Shown here in pieces: positions 31,326-40,778 of a stretch of 64,000 nt of DNA. The DNA is taken from IMG/VR virus record IMGVR_UViG_3300037963_004147, positions 32,001-96,000 of that record; one strand, written 5' to 3'. Made by a program: the position numbers and the translations under genes. Below the pieces are notes generated by a model. The model was not told the DNA's origin, made no database searches, and was given only the letters and a program-made list of their open reading frames with translations. This stretch comes from a virus. The first letter of the stretch is position 1. Each line of letters opens with the position of its first letter.

Positions 31326-32951
31326 TTAACCCTCACAAGATGCACATTCAAGAATGTTTCTTGAAAAGGATTGTGCTGAACTTTGACTAAATTGATAGTA
31401 CAATGTTTTAACACCTTCTTTCCAAGCATATAGATATAGTTGGTTTATATCTCTTGCGGGTATACTAGGATCAATCATTAAGTTTAAACTTTGTGCTTGA
31501 TCAATGTATTTCTGTCTTTGAGCTGCTTGAAGTACAAGTTCTTTTGGAGTGATCTCAACAAAAGACTTAAATACAGCTTTAGTAGGGAAGTCAAGATGTT
31601 GAACTGATCCATCCTTCTTTAAGATACTATCCCAGGTTTCTGGGGTATCTAAACCATACTTTTTCAACTCCTCCTTTAAGAAAGGATTCTGATATATAGT
31701 TTTACTCTTAGCCAAATCCTTTATAAAGTAATTAGACTTTATAGGTTCTATACCCATGCTTACAGCACCGTGTATAAAAGAACTAGATTTAGTTGGAGCT
31801 ATTGCTAATAGAGTTGTATTAGCATAACCTTTACGTATAGACTTATAACCGAAGTTATCATGCAACCATTCAGAGGCTGCCTCCGCTTTAGTCTTTATCA
31901 GTTTAAACATATGCTCATTAAGACTCTTAGCTTGCAAAGATTCAAATTCAATCAGCTTAGATTGGAATAACGAATGATATCCGAGTACACCTAAGCCAAT
32001 AGCTCTATGTTCCTTTGCAAAGTTATACGCTCTTTTCATTCCGGGTAGAGTACGAGCTTTGGTAATAAACTCATCCATCACGGCATTCAAGAACATAACG
32101 TATGTTTCTATTGCATCACATCTTTCGATCTCATCCCAATGCAGCAGGTTCAGTGAACCAAGACAACATACAAAAGAATTGTAGCTATCAGTTGGCAGCT
32201 GAATCTCTGAACATAGATTAGATGCAGTAATCTCCATACCTAATTCTTTATAAGGAGAGTTATTATTTGAATTGTCCTTAAACATGACGTAAGGGAATCC
32301 AAACTCAGAACGTCTTTGAAGAATCTTGGCCCAAACTTTACGCTTGTCTTCATCCCCAGCTTCCATGTCCTGCATCCAGGAGTCAGTAGCTGTTACACCA
32401 TATTGTAAGTTTTGGATAGGATTACCTTCTGTTCCAATATCTAAAAACTCCATTATATCTGCATGTTCCACAGGTAACCAAACAGCACAAGCTCCACGCC
32501 TGGCTTCTGATTGTTTACAAACATCTACAACTGTATCATAAATTTTTGCGTAATGCACGGGGCCATCAGCATGACCTCCTGTTGATATCTCTGTACCGCG
32601 AGATCTAAGGTTACCTAAGTAAGCACTTGTTCCTCCTCCGTACTTTGACATCATACCAATCTCACGTCCTGCGTTTAATATGCTATCTAATGAATCATCT
32701 ACATTAGATCCATAGCAACTAATAGGTAAACCTTTCTGTTTACCAAAGTTAATCCAGACCGGAGTTGAAAGACTATAAAAGCCACGGGCCATATAGTCTT
32801 CAAACTTCTCAGCAAACCCATCAATACCTAAGTATTTCTGGGCTGTAATTGCTATGTCTTTTATTCTTTGTTCAGGTGTTTCACTGATATATCCTCTTGA
32901 GAGAAAGAGGCGGGACTCTTCATTGAGCCAATAATATTTAGGGTATTTCAT
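31326..32951 (-). CDS. nrdA: Ribonucleotide reductase class I alpha subunit (no ATP cone)
   Basis: SCY, SNLCSEI, VCCL, APTKSSS, TLYY and C-terminal CASC motifs. Likely start at 32951 (MKYPKYYW), just after the nrdB stop. Confidence 0.95.
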   Translation of the reverse strand: MKYPKYYWLNEESRLFLSRGYISETPEQRIKDIAITAQKYLGIDGFAEKFEDYMARGFYSLSTPVWINFGKQKGLPISCYGSNVDDSLDSILNAGREIGMMSKYGGGTSAYLGNLRSRGTEISTGGHADGPVHYAKIYDTVVDVCKQSEARRGACAVWLPVEHADIMEFLDIGTEGNPIQNLQYGVTATDSWMQDMEAGDEDKRKVWAKILQRRSEFGFPYVMFKDNSNNNSPYKELGMEITASNLCSEIQLPTDSYNSFVCCLGSLNLLHWDEIERCDAIETYVMFLNAVMDEFITKARTLPGMKRAYNFAKEHRAIGLGVLGYHSLFQSKLIEFESLQAKSLNEHMFKLIKTKAEAASEWLHDNFGYKSIRKGYANTTLLAIAPTKSSSFIHGAVSMGIEPIKSNYFIKDLAKSKTIYQNPFLKEELKKYGLDTPETWDSILKKDGSVQHLDFPTKAVFKSFVEITPKELVLQAAQRQKYIDQAQSLNLMIDPSIPARDINQLYLYAWKEGVKTLYYQFSQSSAQSFSRNILECASCEG

Positions 32952-32952
32952 A

Positions 32953-33933
32953 TTAGAATAAATCTGCATGTGTTATACTCTTACTTTTTTTGTTATAATC
33001 AATTTGTTTTTTGTAGAAGAAATCACCTTCTTTAGTAGCAGTGCATTCTACATCAAACCAACGTGTGTTTTCTAAGAGATCTTGATCAACATGAAACATT
33101 TTGTCCATACCAATCTTACTTAAAGAATTATTGAATCTATTTGCAATAAAGTTAGTTATTGTTTCTTTTGTTAGAAATTCTAACTCACCTTTTTCAAAAA
33201 TCCAATTTAATATATCTACTTCTGCAGCATAAGCTTTCATGCATGCAGAGTAAACTAACTCTTCAAAATCTTTATCAAACCACTCAGGATTTTCTTTCTT
33301 AATGATATTGATTAACTCAACACCAAAGTTTCCGTGTATATCTTCCTCTTTACTGGTAGCTTCAACAACGTTTGAGATCCCCTTGAAAAGGTTCTTTTCC
33401 TTGTTAAAACTCATCATAATAAGAAACTGACTGAATAGACTTACATGCTCAATGAACAGTGAGAACAACAGTACAGACTTGGTATACATTTTATTATCTT
33501 TACTTCTAGTACCATCAAGATACTTTGTAAGATAATCCATACGTCCTTTTATAGCAGGAACATTAATTACACTTTCAAATTCTTTTTCTAAACCTAAGAT
33601 TCTTAGCAATCTAGCATAAGCATCTTTGTGTCTAACTTCAGATTCTGCAAAGGTCATACCTACATCACCAATCTCGGCTATAGGCATTCTCTTAAAACAA
33701 TCACCCCAAAATGTTTTAACCTTTACTTCTATCTGAGCAATGGCTAACATTGTGCGTTTAATTACTTCTCTTTCTTGATCAGTAATCTTTGTTTTAAAAT
33801 CAGAAATATCTTCTGTGAAATTATATTCAGTGTCAATCCAATAGGAGTGTCTGATAGCATCTTTATATTTTAGTAATTGTGGATATTCATAAGGCAAAAT
33901 ATTTACTCTGGGCATGAAGATATTTCCATTCAT
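32953..33933 (-). CDS. nrdB: Ribonucleotide reductase class I beta subunit
   Basis: ESEVRHKDAY and KEEDIH diiron motifs, DFF...Y near the C-terminus, DLF tail. Confidence 0.95.
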   Translation of the reverse strand: MNGNIFMPRVNILPYEYPQLLKYKDAIRHSYWIDTEYNFTEDISDFKTKITDQEREVIKRTMLAIAQIEVKVKTFWGDCFKRMPIAEIGDVGMTFAESEVRHKDAYARLLRILGLEKEFESVINVPAIKGRMDYLTKYLDGTRSKDNKMYTKSVLLFSLFIEHVSLFSQFLIMMSFNKEKNLFKGISNVVEATSKEEDIHGNFGVELINIIKKENPEWFDKDFEELVYSACMKAYAAEVDILNWIFEKGELEFLTKETITNFIANRFNNSLSKIGMDKMFHVDQDLLENTRWFDVECTATKEGDFFYKKQIDYNKKSKSITHADLF

Positions 33934-33957
33934 AGTTTTTAAAATTTAATATTAGAC

Positions 33958-34003
33958 GAAAAAAGCTATACTTTTTTGATGTCTTTTTTGACTAGTATAG
34001 CTT
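33958..34003 (-). terminator. Hairpin/terminator upstream of nrdB
   Basis: Perfect 10-bp inverted repeat AAGCTATACT/AGTATAGCTT (33963-33972, 33994-34003) followed by a U run on the minus strand. Confidence 0.55.
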
Positions 34004-34054
34004 GTATGTTTATATAATTAATTTAGTTAAAATATAAATTAGAAACAAGATTTT

Positions 34055-34246
34055 TTATCTAATTCTCATAAAGATTAGTGTAAAAAAGAATAATCCTATT
34101 TCTAGACCGTAAACACGGCCAACATCATCAACGCTTGTTGCATAAGGTGCATTGATAATTTTAATGCCTAGCATAGGCTCTTCTGGTAATAGCAATAAAT
34201 GAACTCTATTTTTAGAGTTTTTTTGTGTTTTTGTTTGTTTACTCAT
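34055..34246 (-). CDS. Small hypothetical protein with hydrophobic C-terminus
   Basis: 63-aa ORF filling the gap upstream of nrdB, in the same orientation. Confidence 0.55.
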   Translation of the reverse strand: MSKQTKTQKNSKNRVHLLLLPEEPMLGIKIINAPYATSVDDVGRVYGLEIGLFFFTLIFMRIR

Positions 34247-34286
34247 ATAAAATGTAAAGTTTGTTGGTTTAAACTATAATTCTTTG

Positions 34287-34300
34287 TATATTATAGTGTA
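34287..34300 (+). promoter_or_regulatory. Candidate late promoter TATATTATAnTGTA (copy 2)
   Basis: TTTG-TATATTATAGTGTA at the head of the + strand lysis/tail block. Confidence 0.55.
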
Positions 34301-34352
34301 TGCAATTCTAAGTGTTTACACTTATTTGCAGAAATTTATATATATACATATC

Positions 34353-34724
34353 ATGCTTTCAAAGATAAAAAACATTTTGACATATTATGATTCTGAGCCT
34401 ACTGAAATAACTCAGGGTATAATATGGTTAGTTTTCTTCCCTATTGTATACACCGCTGAGCACGGTTTAAATCTAACATTAGTGATTTTATCAATACTTA
34501 TTGGGTTCACTACTATCTATTCTGTTTGCTATCACTCTCTTAAAACAAGAAAGACTTTAGCTTTAGGTGTTTTTTTATTCTCCATTGTTGTTGTAATTAT
34601 GTATTATATAAAAGGAACATTCGTATGCCCTACTCACTGGGGTTGGATTGTGATATCCTTTAGTGCTTTTTTTAATCTAAAAAGAATATGTAATCACTAC
34701 TATAATAAGTTGAACAATGGATAA
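34353..34724 (+). CDS. Multi-pass membrane protein (lysis region)
   Basis: About four hydrophobic helices. ATG 34353 (MLSKIK) is preferred over the TTG start at 34284. Confidence 0.7.
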   Translation: MLSKIKNILTYYDSEPTEITQGIIWLVFFPIVYTAEHGLNLTLVILSILIGFTTIYSVCYHSLKTRKTLALGVFLFSIVVVIMYYIKGTFVCPTHWGWIVISFSAFFNLKRICNHYYNKLNNG

Positions 34725-35022
34725 TATAACAACAGTAATAGTCACTATAGTAACAGTACTCTTCTCAGCAGGAGCCTGGAAGTTTTATGAGGCAAGAATG
34801 AAATTAAAGTCTGAAGAAAAGGCTGATGAAAAAACTGATCAAAATATGTATAGAGATGATCTCCGTGATAGAGTAAGAAAGTTAGAAACTTTATTAAGTG
34901 AAAGTTCTGATGAAAAAGATAAAATGAGAGATCAGATCCTTGAGTTAACAGCAGAAGTAGCTGAATTAAGAGCTAAAGTAGAATTCTTAGAAAAAGAAAA
35001 CGAGCGTCTAAAAAATATATAG
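34717..35022 (+). CDS. N-terminal TM + coiled-coil protein (holin/spanin-like accessory)
   Basis: ITTVIVTIVTVLFSAGAW transmembrane segment followed by a heptad-rich coiled coil. Confidence 0.65.
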   Translation: MDNITTVIVTIVTVLFSAGAWKFYEARMKLKSEEKADEKTDQNMYRDDLRDRVRKLETLLSESSDEKDKMRDQILELTAEVAELRAKVEFLEKENERLKNI

Positions 35023-35030
35023 TGTGGCAG

Positions 35031-35067
35031 TAATGGGGTTTCTTATTTTGTATTTCTCCATTATTTT
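35031..35067 (+). terminator. Probable intrinsic terminator
   Basis: TAATGGGG...CTCCATTA stem followed by TTTT. Confidence 0.45.
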
Positions 35068-35070
35068 CAC

Positions 35071-35084
35071 TATATTATATTGTA
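35071..35084 (+). promoter_or_regulatory. Candidate late promoter TATATTATAnTGTA (copy 3)
   Basis: TATATTATATTGTA directly after a terminator and 11 nt before ATG 35096. Confidence 0.55.
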
Positions 35085-35095
35085 AATCAAATATT

Positions 35096-35338
35096 ATGAA
35101 AATTGTAAAATTAATTTTAAAAATTGTATGGACGGTGTCTTTACAAAATCTTTGTATATGGGCCCTAGCTGGATGGAAATGGTTATGGTCTTTAACCACA
35201 GTTGATGAAAAAGTTATTGCTGGAGTAAAAGAAACTGGACGAAGAGTTAAGAATGCAGCTGACGAAATGGATGATGTAGTAGATGCATTAAAAGGTAAAA
35301 AGTTTAATAAGAATGGCAGCCCAAAAAAGAAAAAGTAA
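35096..35338 (+). CDS. Small amphipathic/membrane-associated protein
   Basis: Start MKIVKLILK at ATTATG 35096; Trp-rich amphipathic N-terminus and basic tail. Confidence 0.6.
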   Translation: MKIVKLILKIVWTVSLQNLCIWALAGWKWLWSLTTVDEKVIAGVKETGRRVKNAADEMDDVVDALKGKKFNKNGSPKKKK

Positions 35339-35537
35339 AAAGCTTGATATTAAAAAAGCTATTAAAAAACCAGGTTCTTTAACTGCAACAGCAAAAAGAG
35401 CAGGAGCTGTAAAGAAGGATGGTACTATTAAAGTTTCATGGCTGCGTGAAAAAGCAAAAGGTGGTAATAGTAAAACTGCACAACGTGCAAGATTTGCATT
35501 AACACTTAGAAAACTAAGTAAAAAGAAAAAAAAGTAG
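35313..35537 (+). CDS. Small Lys/Arg-rich protein (putative DNA-binding capsid-internal protein)
   Basis: 74 aa, very basic; AIKKPGSL...RARFALTLRKL pattern seen in small phage virion proteins. Confidence 0.6.
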   Translation: MAAQKRKSKKLDIKKAIKKPGSLTATAKRAGAVKKDGTIKVSWLREKAKGGNSKTAQRARFALTLRKLSKKKKK

Positions 35538-35542
35538 AAATT

Positions 35543-35920
35543 ATGCCAAAAAGAATGAAAGAAGCCGGTATTAAATATGGCCATGGTGGTGGAATGAAAA
35601 AACCTATGCCTGAAAATTATGTAGGTAATCCAATGGGTTACTTTAATGATAAAGCAATGTACGGCAATAAAGAAAGGATGGCTCAAATGGGAAATGGTGA
35701 AGAAATGTTTGATATGAGCACAGGACCCACTAAAAAACAAATGAGACAAAAAGATAGAGCTGATAGAATTTTTAAAAAAGCTACAGAAGGCTCAGTAAAT
35801 AAAAGAAAAGCCAAAGCATTTAAAGAGGGTAAAGACAAAAAAGGTCAAAGGTTATTAAATAGAATAAATAGAATGAAAGATAGAGCTTATCGTTTAGATG
35901 ATAAAGCTGCAGGACGTTAA
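35543..35920 (+). CDS. Basic hypothetical protein with xxxGG motifs
   Basis: 125 aa; YGHGGG, AMYGN, AQMGNGE motifs; K/R-rich C-terminal half. Confidence 0.65.
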   Translation: MPKRMKEAGIKYGHGGGMKKPMPENYVGNPMGYFNDKAMYGNKERMAQMGNGEEMFDMSTGPTKKQMRQKDRADRIFKKATEGSVNKRKAKAFKEGKDKKGQRLLNRINRMKDRAYRLDDKAAGR

Positions 35921-35931
35921 AAAAAAGAATT

Positions 35932-36351
35932 ATGGCAGGACCAGCATGGATAGGTAAATTATTTTCAGGGCTTTTTGGTAAAGCTGATAGAATCATTGAT
36001 GAAGTAGTTACTTCTAAAGAAGAGAAGATGACTCTTAGAAATGCAATGCAAAAACTATTATTAGATAGCGAAGCTACTGTACAAGAAAATGTTACCAAAA
36101 GATGGGAAGCTGATATGAATTCTGATTCATGGCTTTCTAAAAATGTTAGACCTTTAGTTTTAATATTTCTTGTTGTATGTACTATGATTCTAGTATTTAT
36201 TGATGCTGGAGTTATTAATTTTAAAGTTGAAGATCAATGGATTAACTTACTGGAAATCACACTATTAACAGTAATAGGTGCTTATTTTGGTGGTAGATCT
36301 ATTGAAAAAGTTAGAAATACTAACAAGAAAAATAACGATGGCAAGAAGTAA
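35932..36351 (+). CDS. Holin, GTA 3TM-like family
   Basis: WEADMNSDSWLSKNVRPL, two TM helices and YFGGRSIEK are characteristic of this holin family. Confidence 0.8.
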   Translation: MAGPAWIGKLFSGLFGKADRIIDEVVTSKEEKMTLRNAMQKLLLDSEATVQENVTKRWEADMNSDSWLSKNVRPLVLIFLVVCTMILVFIDAGVINFKVEDQWINLLEITLLTVIGAYFGGRSIEKVRNTNKKNNDGKK

Positions 36352-36472
36352 TAATGTATCTTTAGAGAAAACTGTTAAAAAAACTAGAAAGGGTGTACAT
36401 GCTAAAAGCAAAACATCTAGAGTTAAAGGAAGCAAGTTTTATAAAAAGAAATATAGAGGTCAAGGAAGATGA
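36338..36472 (+). CDS. Small basic protein
   Basis: MARSNN...GVHAKSK...YKKKYRGQGR; the start at 36338 is preferred over 36278. Confidence 0.65.
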   Translation: MARSNNVSLEKTVKKTRKGVHAKSKTSRVKGSKFYKKKYRGQGR

Positions 36473-36606
36473 ATTTAGAATTTGCATTTCATTTTCCCCA
36501 TGATAGATTTGCTATTGGTTGGGAATATATAGGCCCAGATAAAGAATATAATACAAGTATTATTAGAATCTTTCTTTTAATACTAACTATAACTTATGAA
36601 AATTGA
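36469..36606 (+). CDS. Small hypothetical protein (not in ORF track)
   Basis: 45 aa MNLEFAFHFPHDRFAIGWEYIGPDKEYNTSIIRIFLLILTITYEN. ATGA overlap with the previous stop; fills the gap exactly. Confidence 0.65.
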   Translation: MNLEFAFHFPHDRFAIGWEYIGPDKEYNTSIIRIFLLILTITYEN

Positions 36607-36609
36607 ATT

Positions 36610-36804
36610 ATGAGTGCATATAAAAAACCTAAGTACAGAGATGGTGGATCTCTTCTAAGCAGAATGACCCAAATGGGTAATTTAGATATGACTATGCCAA
36701 ATAAGGCTAAGAATTCTGATTGCGGATGTGGTAGTAAACCAAGAAGAAAAATGAATATGGGAGGTACAGTCCCAACTGCTAATACATATCATGGTAAGAA
36801 ATGA
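36610..36804 (+). CDS. Small basic protein with xxxGG motifs
   Basis: 64 aa; YRDGG, TQMGN, MNMGG and CGCG. Confidence 0.6.
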   Translation: MSAYKKPKYRDGGSLLSRMTQMGNLDMTMPNKAKNSDCGCGSKPRRKMNMGGTVPTANTYHGKK

Positions 36805-39014
36805 ATATTTTAACTGACATATTAAGTCTTTTTAAAAGGAAGCAATTTGTAAAAGATGCTAAGCCAAGTGATGTAGTAGTTTTAGGTATTAATGAACCAC
36901 CTGAAATAGAAGGTATTGCATCACCAGTTCCTTATAAGAATGTTAAATTAATTAAGATACAAGATCTTTTAACTTCCAGTGATTGTATACATACTAATGT
37001 TCCTGATCCATCTATTTATGCAGGAGTATTTAGAGATAAAACTACAGATCCTGTAACTGGTAAATGTTTTATTAATTTTAGAAGATTTAAATCATTATCA
37101 TTAAATCTAACCATCAATGAAAATGGAGACTTTATTGATATTGATTGTTTAGCAGAAGCAAATACTGCATCTAATGTTGGAACAGGTGCTCAAGTATTCA
37201 AACAAAAGGTAGGTGAGGATTTAGAATTTAGAACATTAAGTTCTTCTGATGCATCTATAACTATAACTCAAGGTGTAGATGAAATAGATTTAGTACAAAA
37301 AAGTCCTTGTACTTATCCTACAGATACTTTTACATGTCTTGATGAATACTTTTTATGGCATAGAGAAACTCCAGGTCCTGGATGTGATACATTTAAAGCT
37401 CCTCTTAGCAATATAATCCCATGCGGTCCTTGGTCTATTGCACAAACTAATGGTATTAAAACATATTATGCAGATTTAAACTCTGCACTAACTGCAGCTA
37501 CTGCAGGAGAAACTGTACATATGGAAACTGATGTAACAGGTCCTAGTTTGGGAGCTGCTAATTTAGTAAATAGAGTTGATATAAATTTTAATGGTTTTGT
37601 ATACACTGTAGATGATCCAGGTACTGATAACATAATTACAGATAATAATGTAGCTGTTACAGTTAATATGTATAATGGTGATATTAGAAGAATTGGTCAA
37701 TCAGTTACAGGTACAGCAAATACTTCAGTTCCAGTATTAATTCAAAATGCAGATACACAAATTAACTTTAATAATACTGTAAATATTACAAATTCTGATG
37801 GATATGGTATTGTTAATAATGGAAAAATTAGCAATGTTATTAAATCTGTTGGTACTCTTGCAGGAATATTATTAGAAAATGATGTAGAATTACGTAATTG
37901 CTATGGTCAAGGTACTAGTATAGCTGGTATAGCCGGTTTAGTAACATCATCTATATTAGAAGATTGTGTTGGTGAAGGTGAAAATGGTGATGGTATAAAT
38001 ATAACATTTGATCCTTTAGCTACAGAAGGTAAAGTAGAAAGGTGTACAGGATACAGTAATAAAGCTGCAGGTATACTTTTACAAGGAACAGGAGATGCTC
38101 CTATAGAAGCTATTGATGTTGTTGGTTATGGTCCTATTGGTCTAACACTTACTGATTGCAAAGGTCTTGGAGGTAAAGGTTTTTCAACAGGTGCTGGAAC
38201 ATTTGGAGTTAAGCTAACGGATGGAAATTATGTTGACTTTCATGGTATTGCAAGCTCAGGTGTAGGATTAGGTATATATTCTAATAATTTTAATATAGAT
38301 GTAATTAACTGTTCAGGATTATCTTATAATTATGTAGGAGGTATATTAGATGCAAATGATGATTCTAATGTTACTGTTCAAAATAGTGATTTTAATAGTT
38401 TACATCCAGAAGCTGTAGGTTGTGCATTACTAATTCAAAATGTAGGAGTAGATGCTTTAGTAGATCTTATTGGAGGAACATATGCTGTTACTAGTAATCT
38501 TGCCTATGGTGTAAGTGCAAACCTTCCTTTTAGCATTCATTGGAATGACCTTATATTTAGAACGGATTATAATTATACTATAAATCCTAACTTAACTAAC
38601 CTTAACCCAACTAGTAAAAGAATTATAAATTCAAGTGGTTGTTACCATGGTAATATAGATATTACTGGACAAGTCTTTACAAATATGTATGAGATTTCTG
38701 ATCCAGGTAGTGGTGCCATACCATTAGATTTTGATAATGGGAGTGTTCAAAAAATAACTTTAACAGCTAGTGCTGCATATAGTTTAGGTGCTCCTACTAA
38801 TATAAATGAAGGTGCAACATATATGCTAACAATAATGCAACCTGCTCTAACTGGAAATGCTACACTAACTTTTAGTGCAGATTATTTATTTCCTGGAGGA
38901 ACTGTTCCAACGATAACTGCTGCTGCAGGATCTGTTGATGTATTGTCTTTTCTTTGTGTTGATACCGGATCTGGATTAAAACTGATTTCTGTACCAACTC
39001 AAGACTTTCAATAA
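36801..39014 (+). CDS. Tail fibre/spike with beta-helix shaft
   Basis: 737 aa with G/N-rich right-handed beta-helix-like repeats and a C-terminal beta-sandwich (LDFDNG...FPGGTVPT...VDVLSF). N-terminus resembles that of 41812. Confidence 0.75.
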   Translation: MNILTDILSLFKRKQFVKDAKPSDVVVLGINEPPEIEGIASPVPYKNVKLIKIQDLLTSSDCIHTNVPDPSIYAGVFRDKTTDPVTGKCFINFRRFKSLSLNLTINENGDFIDIDCLAEANTASNVGTGAQVFKQKVGEDLEFRTLSSSDASITITQGVDEIDLVQKSPCTYPTDTFTCLDEYFLWHRETPGPGCDTFKAPLSNIIPCGPWSIAQTNGIKTYYADLNSALTAATAGETVHMETDVTGPSLGAANLVNRVDINFNGFVYTVDDPGTDNIITDNNVAVTVNMYNGDIRRIGQSVTGTANTSVPVLIQNADTQINFNNTVNITNSDGYGIVNNGKISNVIKSVGTLAGILLENDVELRNCYGQGTSIAGIAGLVTSSILEDCVGEGENGDGINITFDPLATEGKVERCTGYSNKAAGILLQGTGDAPIEAIDVVGYGPIGLTLTDCKGLGGKGFSTGAGTFGVKLTDGNYVDFHGIASSGVGLGIYSNNFNIDVINCSGLSYNYVGGILDANDDSNVTVQNSDFNSLHPEAVGCALLIQNVGVDALVDLIGGTYAVTSNLAYGVSANLPFSIHWNDLIFRTDYNYTINPNLTNLNPTSKRIINSSGCYHGNIDITGQVFTNMYEISDPGSGAIPLDFDNGSVQKITLTASAAYSLGAPTNINEGATYMLTIMQPALTGNATLTFSADYLFPGGTVPTITAAAGSVDVLSFLCVDTGSGLKLISVPTQDFQ

Positions 39015-40768
39015 TGTTCCCTAAACCCATATCATTTTTTGCAGCTAGTAGTGGAGGAATAAATCCTGATGCTCTTGTTACAAAATGGAATGTGGTTTCT
39101 GATGGTGATTCTATTGAAATAAAACATAGCAGTACACATTCTGCATCTATTAACTATGATATAGATTGGGGTGATGGTCAAACAGAAAGTGGTATTACAA
39201 CACAGACAAAAACTCATACTTATGCAACTGCAGGTCAGTATATTGTTCAAATAACAGGTAGTTTTGTAGCACCTAATTTTGGTGGTTCAGTAGCAGCTAA
39301 TAGAGATTTATTATTAGAAATGATTCAATGGGGCACTCTACAATATAAATATTTGTATAGAATGTTTTATGAATGTGGAAATATGATTTATAGTGCTACA
39401 GATGCTCCAGATTTAACTAATGTTGATAGTAATCAAAGTGGTTTATTTAGAGAAATGTTTGTTAATTGTGATTCAATTACAGCATTAGATTTAAGTCACT
39501 GGACACTTCCTTATGATAATACTGCAAAAGCTTATATGACATATAGAACTTTTTATGGTTTGAGTAACTGTGAAAATTTAAATGTTTCTGGTTGGGATGT
39601 AAGAGATGCTACTAATTCATATGATACATTTAGACTTATAGGTGGAAGTACTACTAATGGTTGTGATTTTGAAGTAGATAATCTTAACTTTTCTAGAAAT
39701 AACAACATACAAAGTATGTTTCACACTTCATTTGTAAATAGTCTTAATCTTGATAATTGGACTCTTAACTCTTCTGGGACTACTACTATAGCAAATTTCT
39801 TTCAAAATACTAAGTGGAATGTTGCAACAGATGTAGATTTTAGTACATGGAGTAATACAAGTGCAGTTACTAATATGACTAATTTTGGGCGTTATCAAAC
39901 AGGAGGAATATCTTTACTTCAAAGTGTAGACTTTACAGGATGGGATACAAGTAATGTTGCTACATTAAATTTTTGGTTTTATGGAGCTAAAAGCTTAACA
40001 GAGATTAAAGGTCTTAATGGTTTATCTGGTAATTCTGTAACAACAATGAAAGATGCTTTTTATGACTGTAAAATGTTATCATTTACAAATCATAACTTTG
40101 GTAGTAACTGGGATTCTAATTTTGCACCAACAAATGCTACAGCTTTACAAAATACATTTTATAGAGTTGGTCAATCATTATCACCAGGAGGAAATGCTCC
40201 TAATGTATCAAATTGGGATATATCAAATTGTACTATACTTACTAATTGTTTTAATGATACAAGGTTTAATACAGCTTTAAATCTTAGTAATTGGGATTTT
40301 AGTTCATGTACATCACTAAATAGTTTTTTAAAATACCATCAAGGTACTACTTCAGTTACTCTTAATAATATATCATCCTCTATGACTACTGTTTATGCTT
40401 TTGGATGGTTATCTTCTATTGTTGATGTAACCTTTAGTGCAACTTGTGATTTAAGTGGAGTGCAAGATTGGAGATATTTTATGTATCAGAATACTAATTT
40501 TACAACATTAAATCTAGATGCGGCTGCAAGTTTTGCTGGAACAATAGCAAATAGAATGACTGGTATATTTGGAGGTAATGCTAGCACTGCACCAACTTTA
40601 GATGTAGCATCTTATGATATGTTTTTAAGAAGAGTGGATGCAACTATAGTTAATTTGCAGACAATACAAGCTAATAATTCAGAATATACATGTGGAGGAG
40701 CAGCTGAAACAGCACGTAATAATTTAATAGCCGCAGGGCATACAATAACAGATGCCGGATGTGTTTAA
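39014..40768 (+). CDS. BspA/DUF285-like LRR adhesin with PKD-like N-terminus
   Basis: IDWGDG...THTYATAGQY (PKD-like) followed by repeated L.xWD.SNvT.m..mF units. Confidence 0.8.
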   Translation: MFPKPISFFAASSGGINPDALVTKWNVVSDGDSIEIKHSSTHSASINYDIDWGDGQTESGITTQTKTHTYATAGQYIVQITGSFVAPNFGGSVAANRDLLLEMIQWGTLQYKYLYRMFYECGNMIYSATDAPDLTNVDSNQSGLFREMFVNCDSITALDLSHWTLPYDNTAKAYMTYRTFYGLSNCENLNVSGWDVRDATNSYDTFRLIGGSTTNGCDFEVDNLNFSRNNNIQSMFHTSFVNSLNLDNWTLNSSGTTTIANFFQNTKWNVATDVDFSTWSNTSAVTNMTNFGRYQTGGISLLQSVDFTGWDTSNVATLNFWFYGAKSLTEIKGLNGLSGNSVTTMKDAFYDCKMLSFTNHNFGSNWDSNFAPTNATALQNTFYRVGQSLSPGGNAPNVSNWDISNCTILTNCFNDTRFNTALNLSNWDFSSCTSLNSFLKYHQGTTSVTLNNISSSMTTVYAFGWLSSIVDVTFSATCDLSGVQDWRYFMYQNTNFTTLNLDAAASFAGTIANRMTGIFGGNASTAPTLDVASYDMFLRRVDATIVNLQTIQANNSEYTCGGAAETARNNLIAAGHTITDAGCV

Positions 40769-40778
40769 AAAATGAGCT

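Noticed and set aside
6775-34027. 13-mer TAATTAATTTAGT at 6775 and 34015
   Set aside because: It is almost pure A/T and has opposite orientation relative to the neighbouring genes, so chance is likely.
34284-35095. Longer starts given by the ORF track (34284, 35024; also 36278 and 32969)
   Set aside because: The extensions run through promoter/terminator elements or upstream genes. Downstream ATGs with A at -3 or tight coupling fit better.
34353-36351. Endolysin next to the holin
   Set aside because: No ORF here has amidase, muramidase or peptidase motifs; the endolysin is presumably outside the window.
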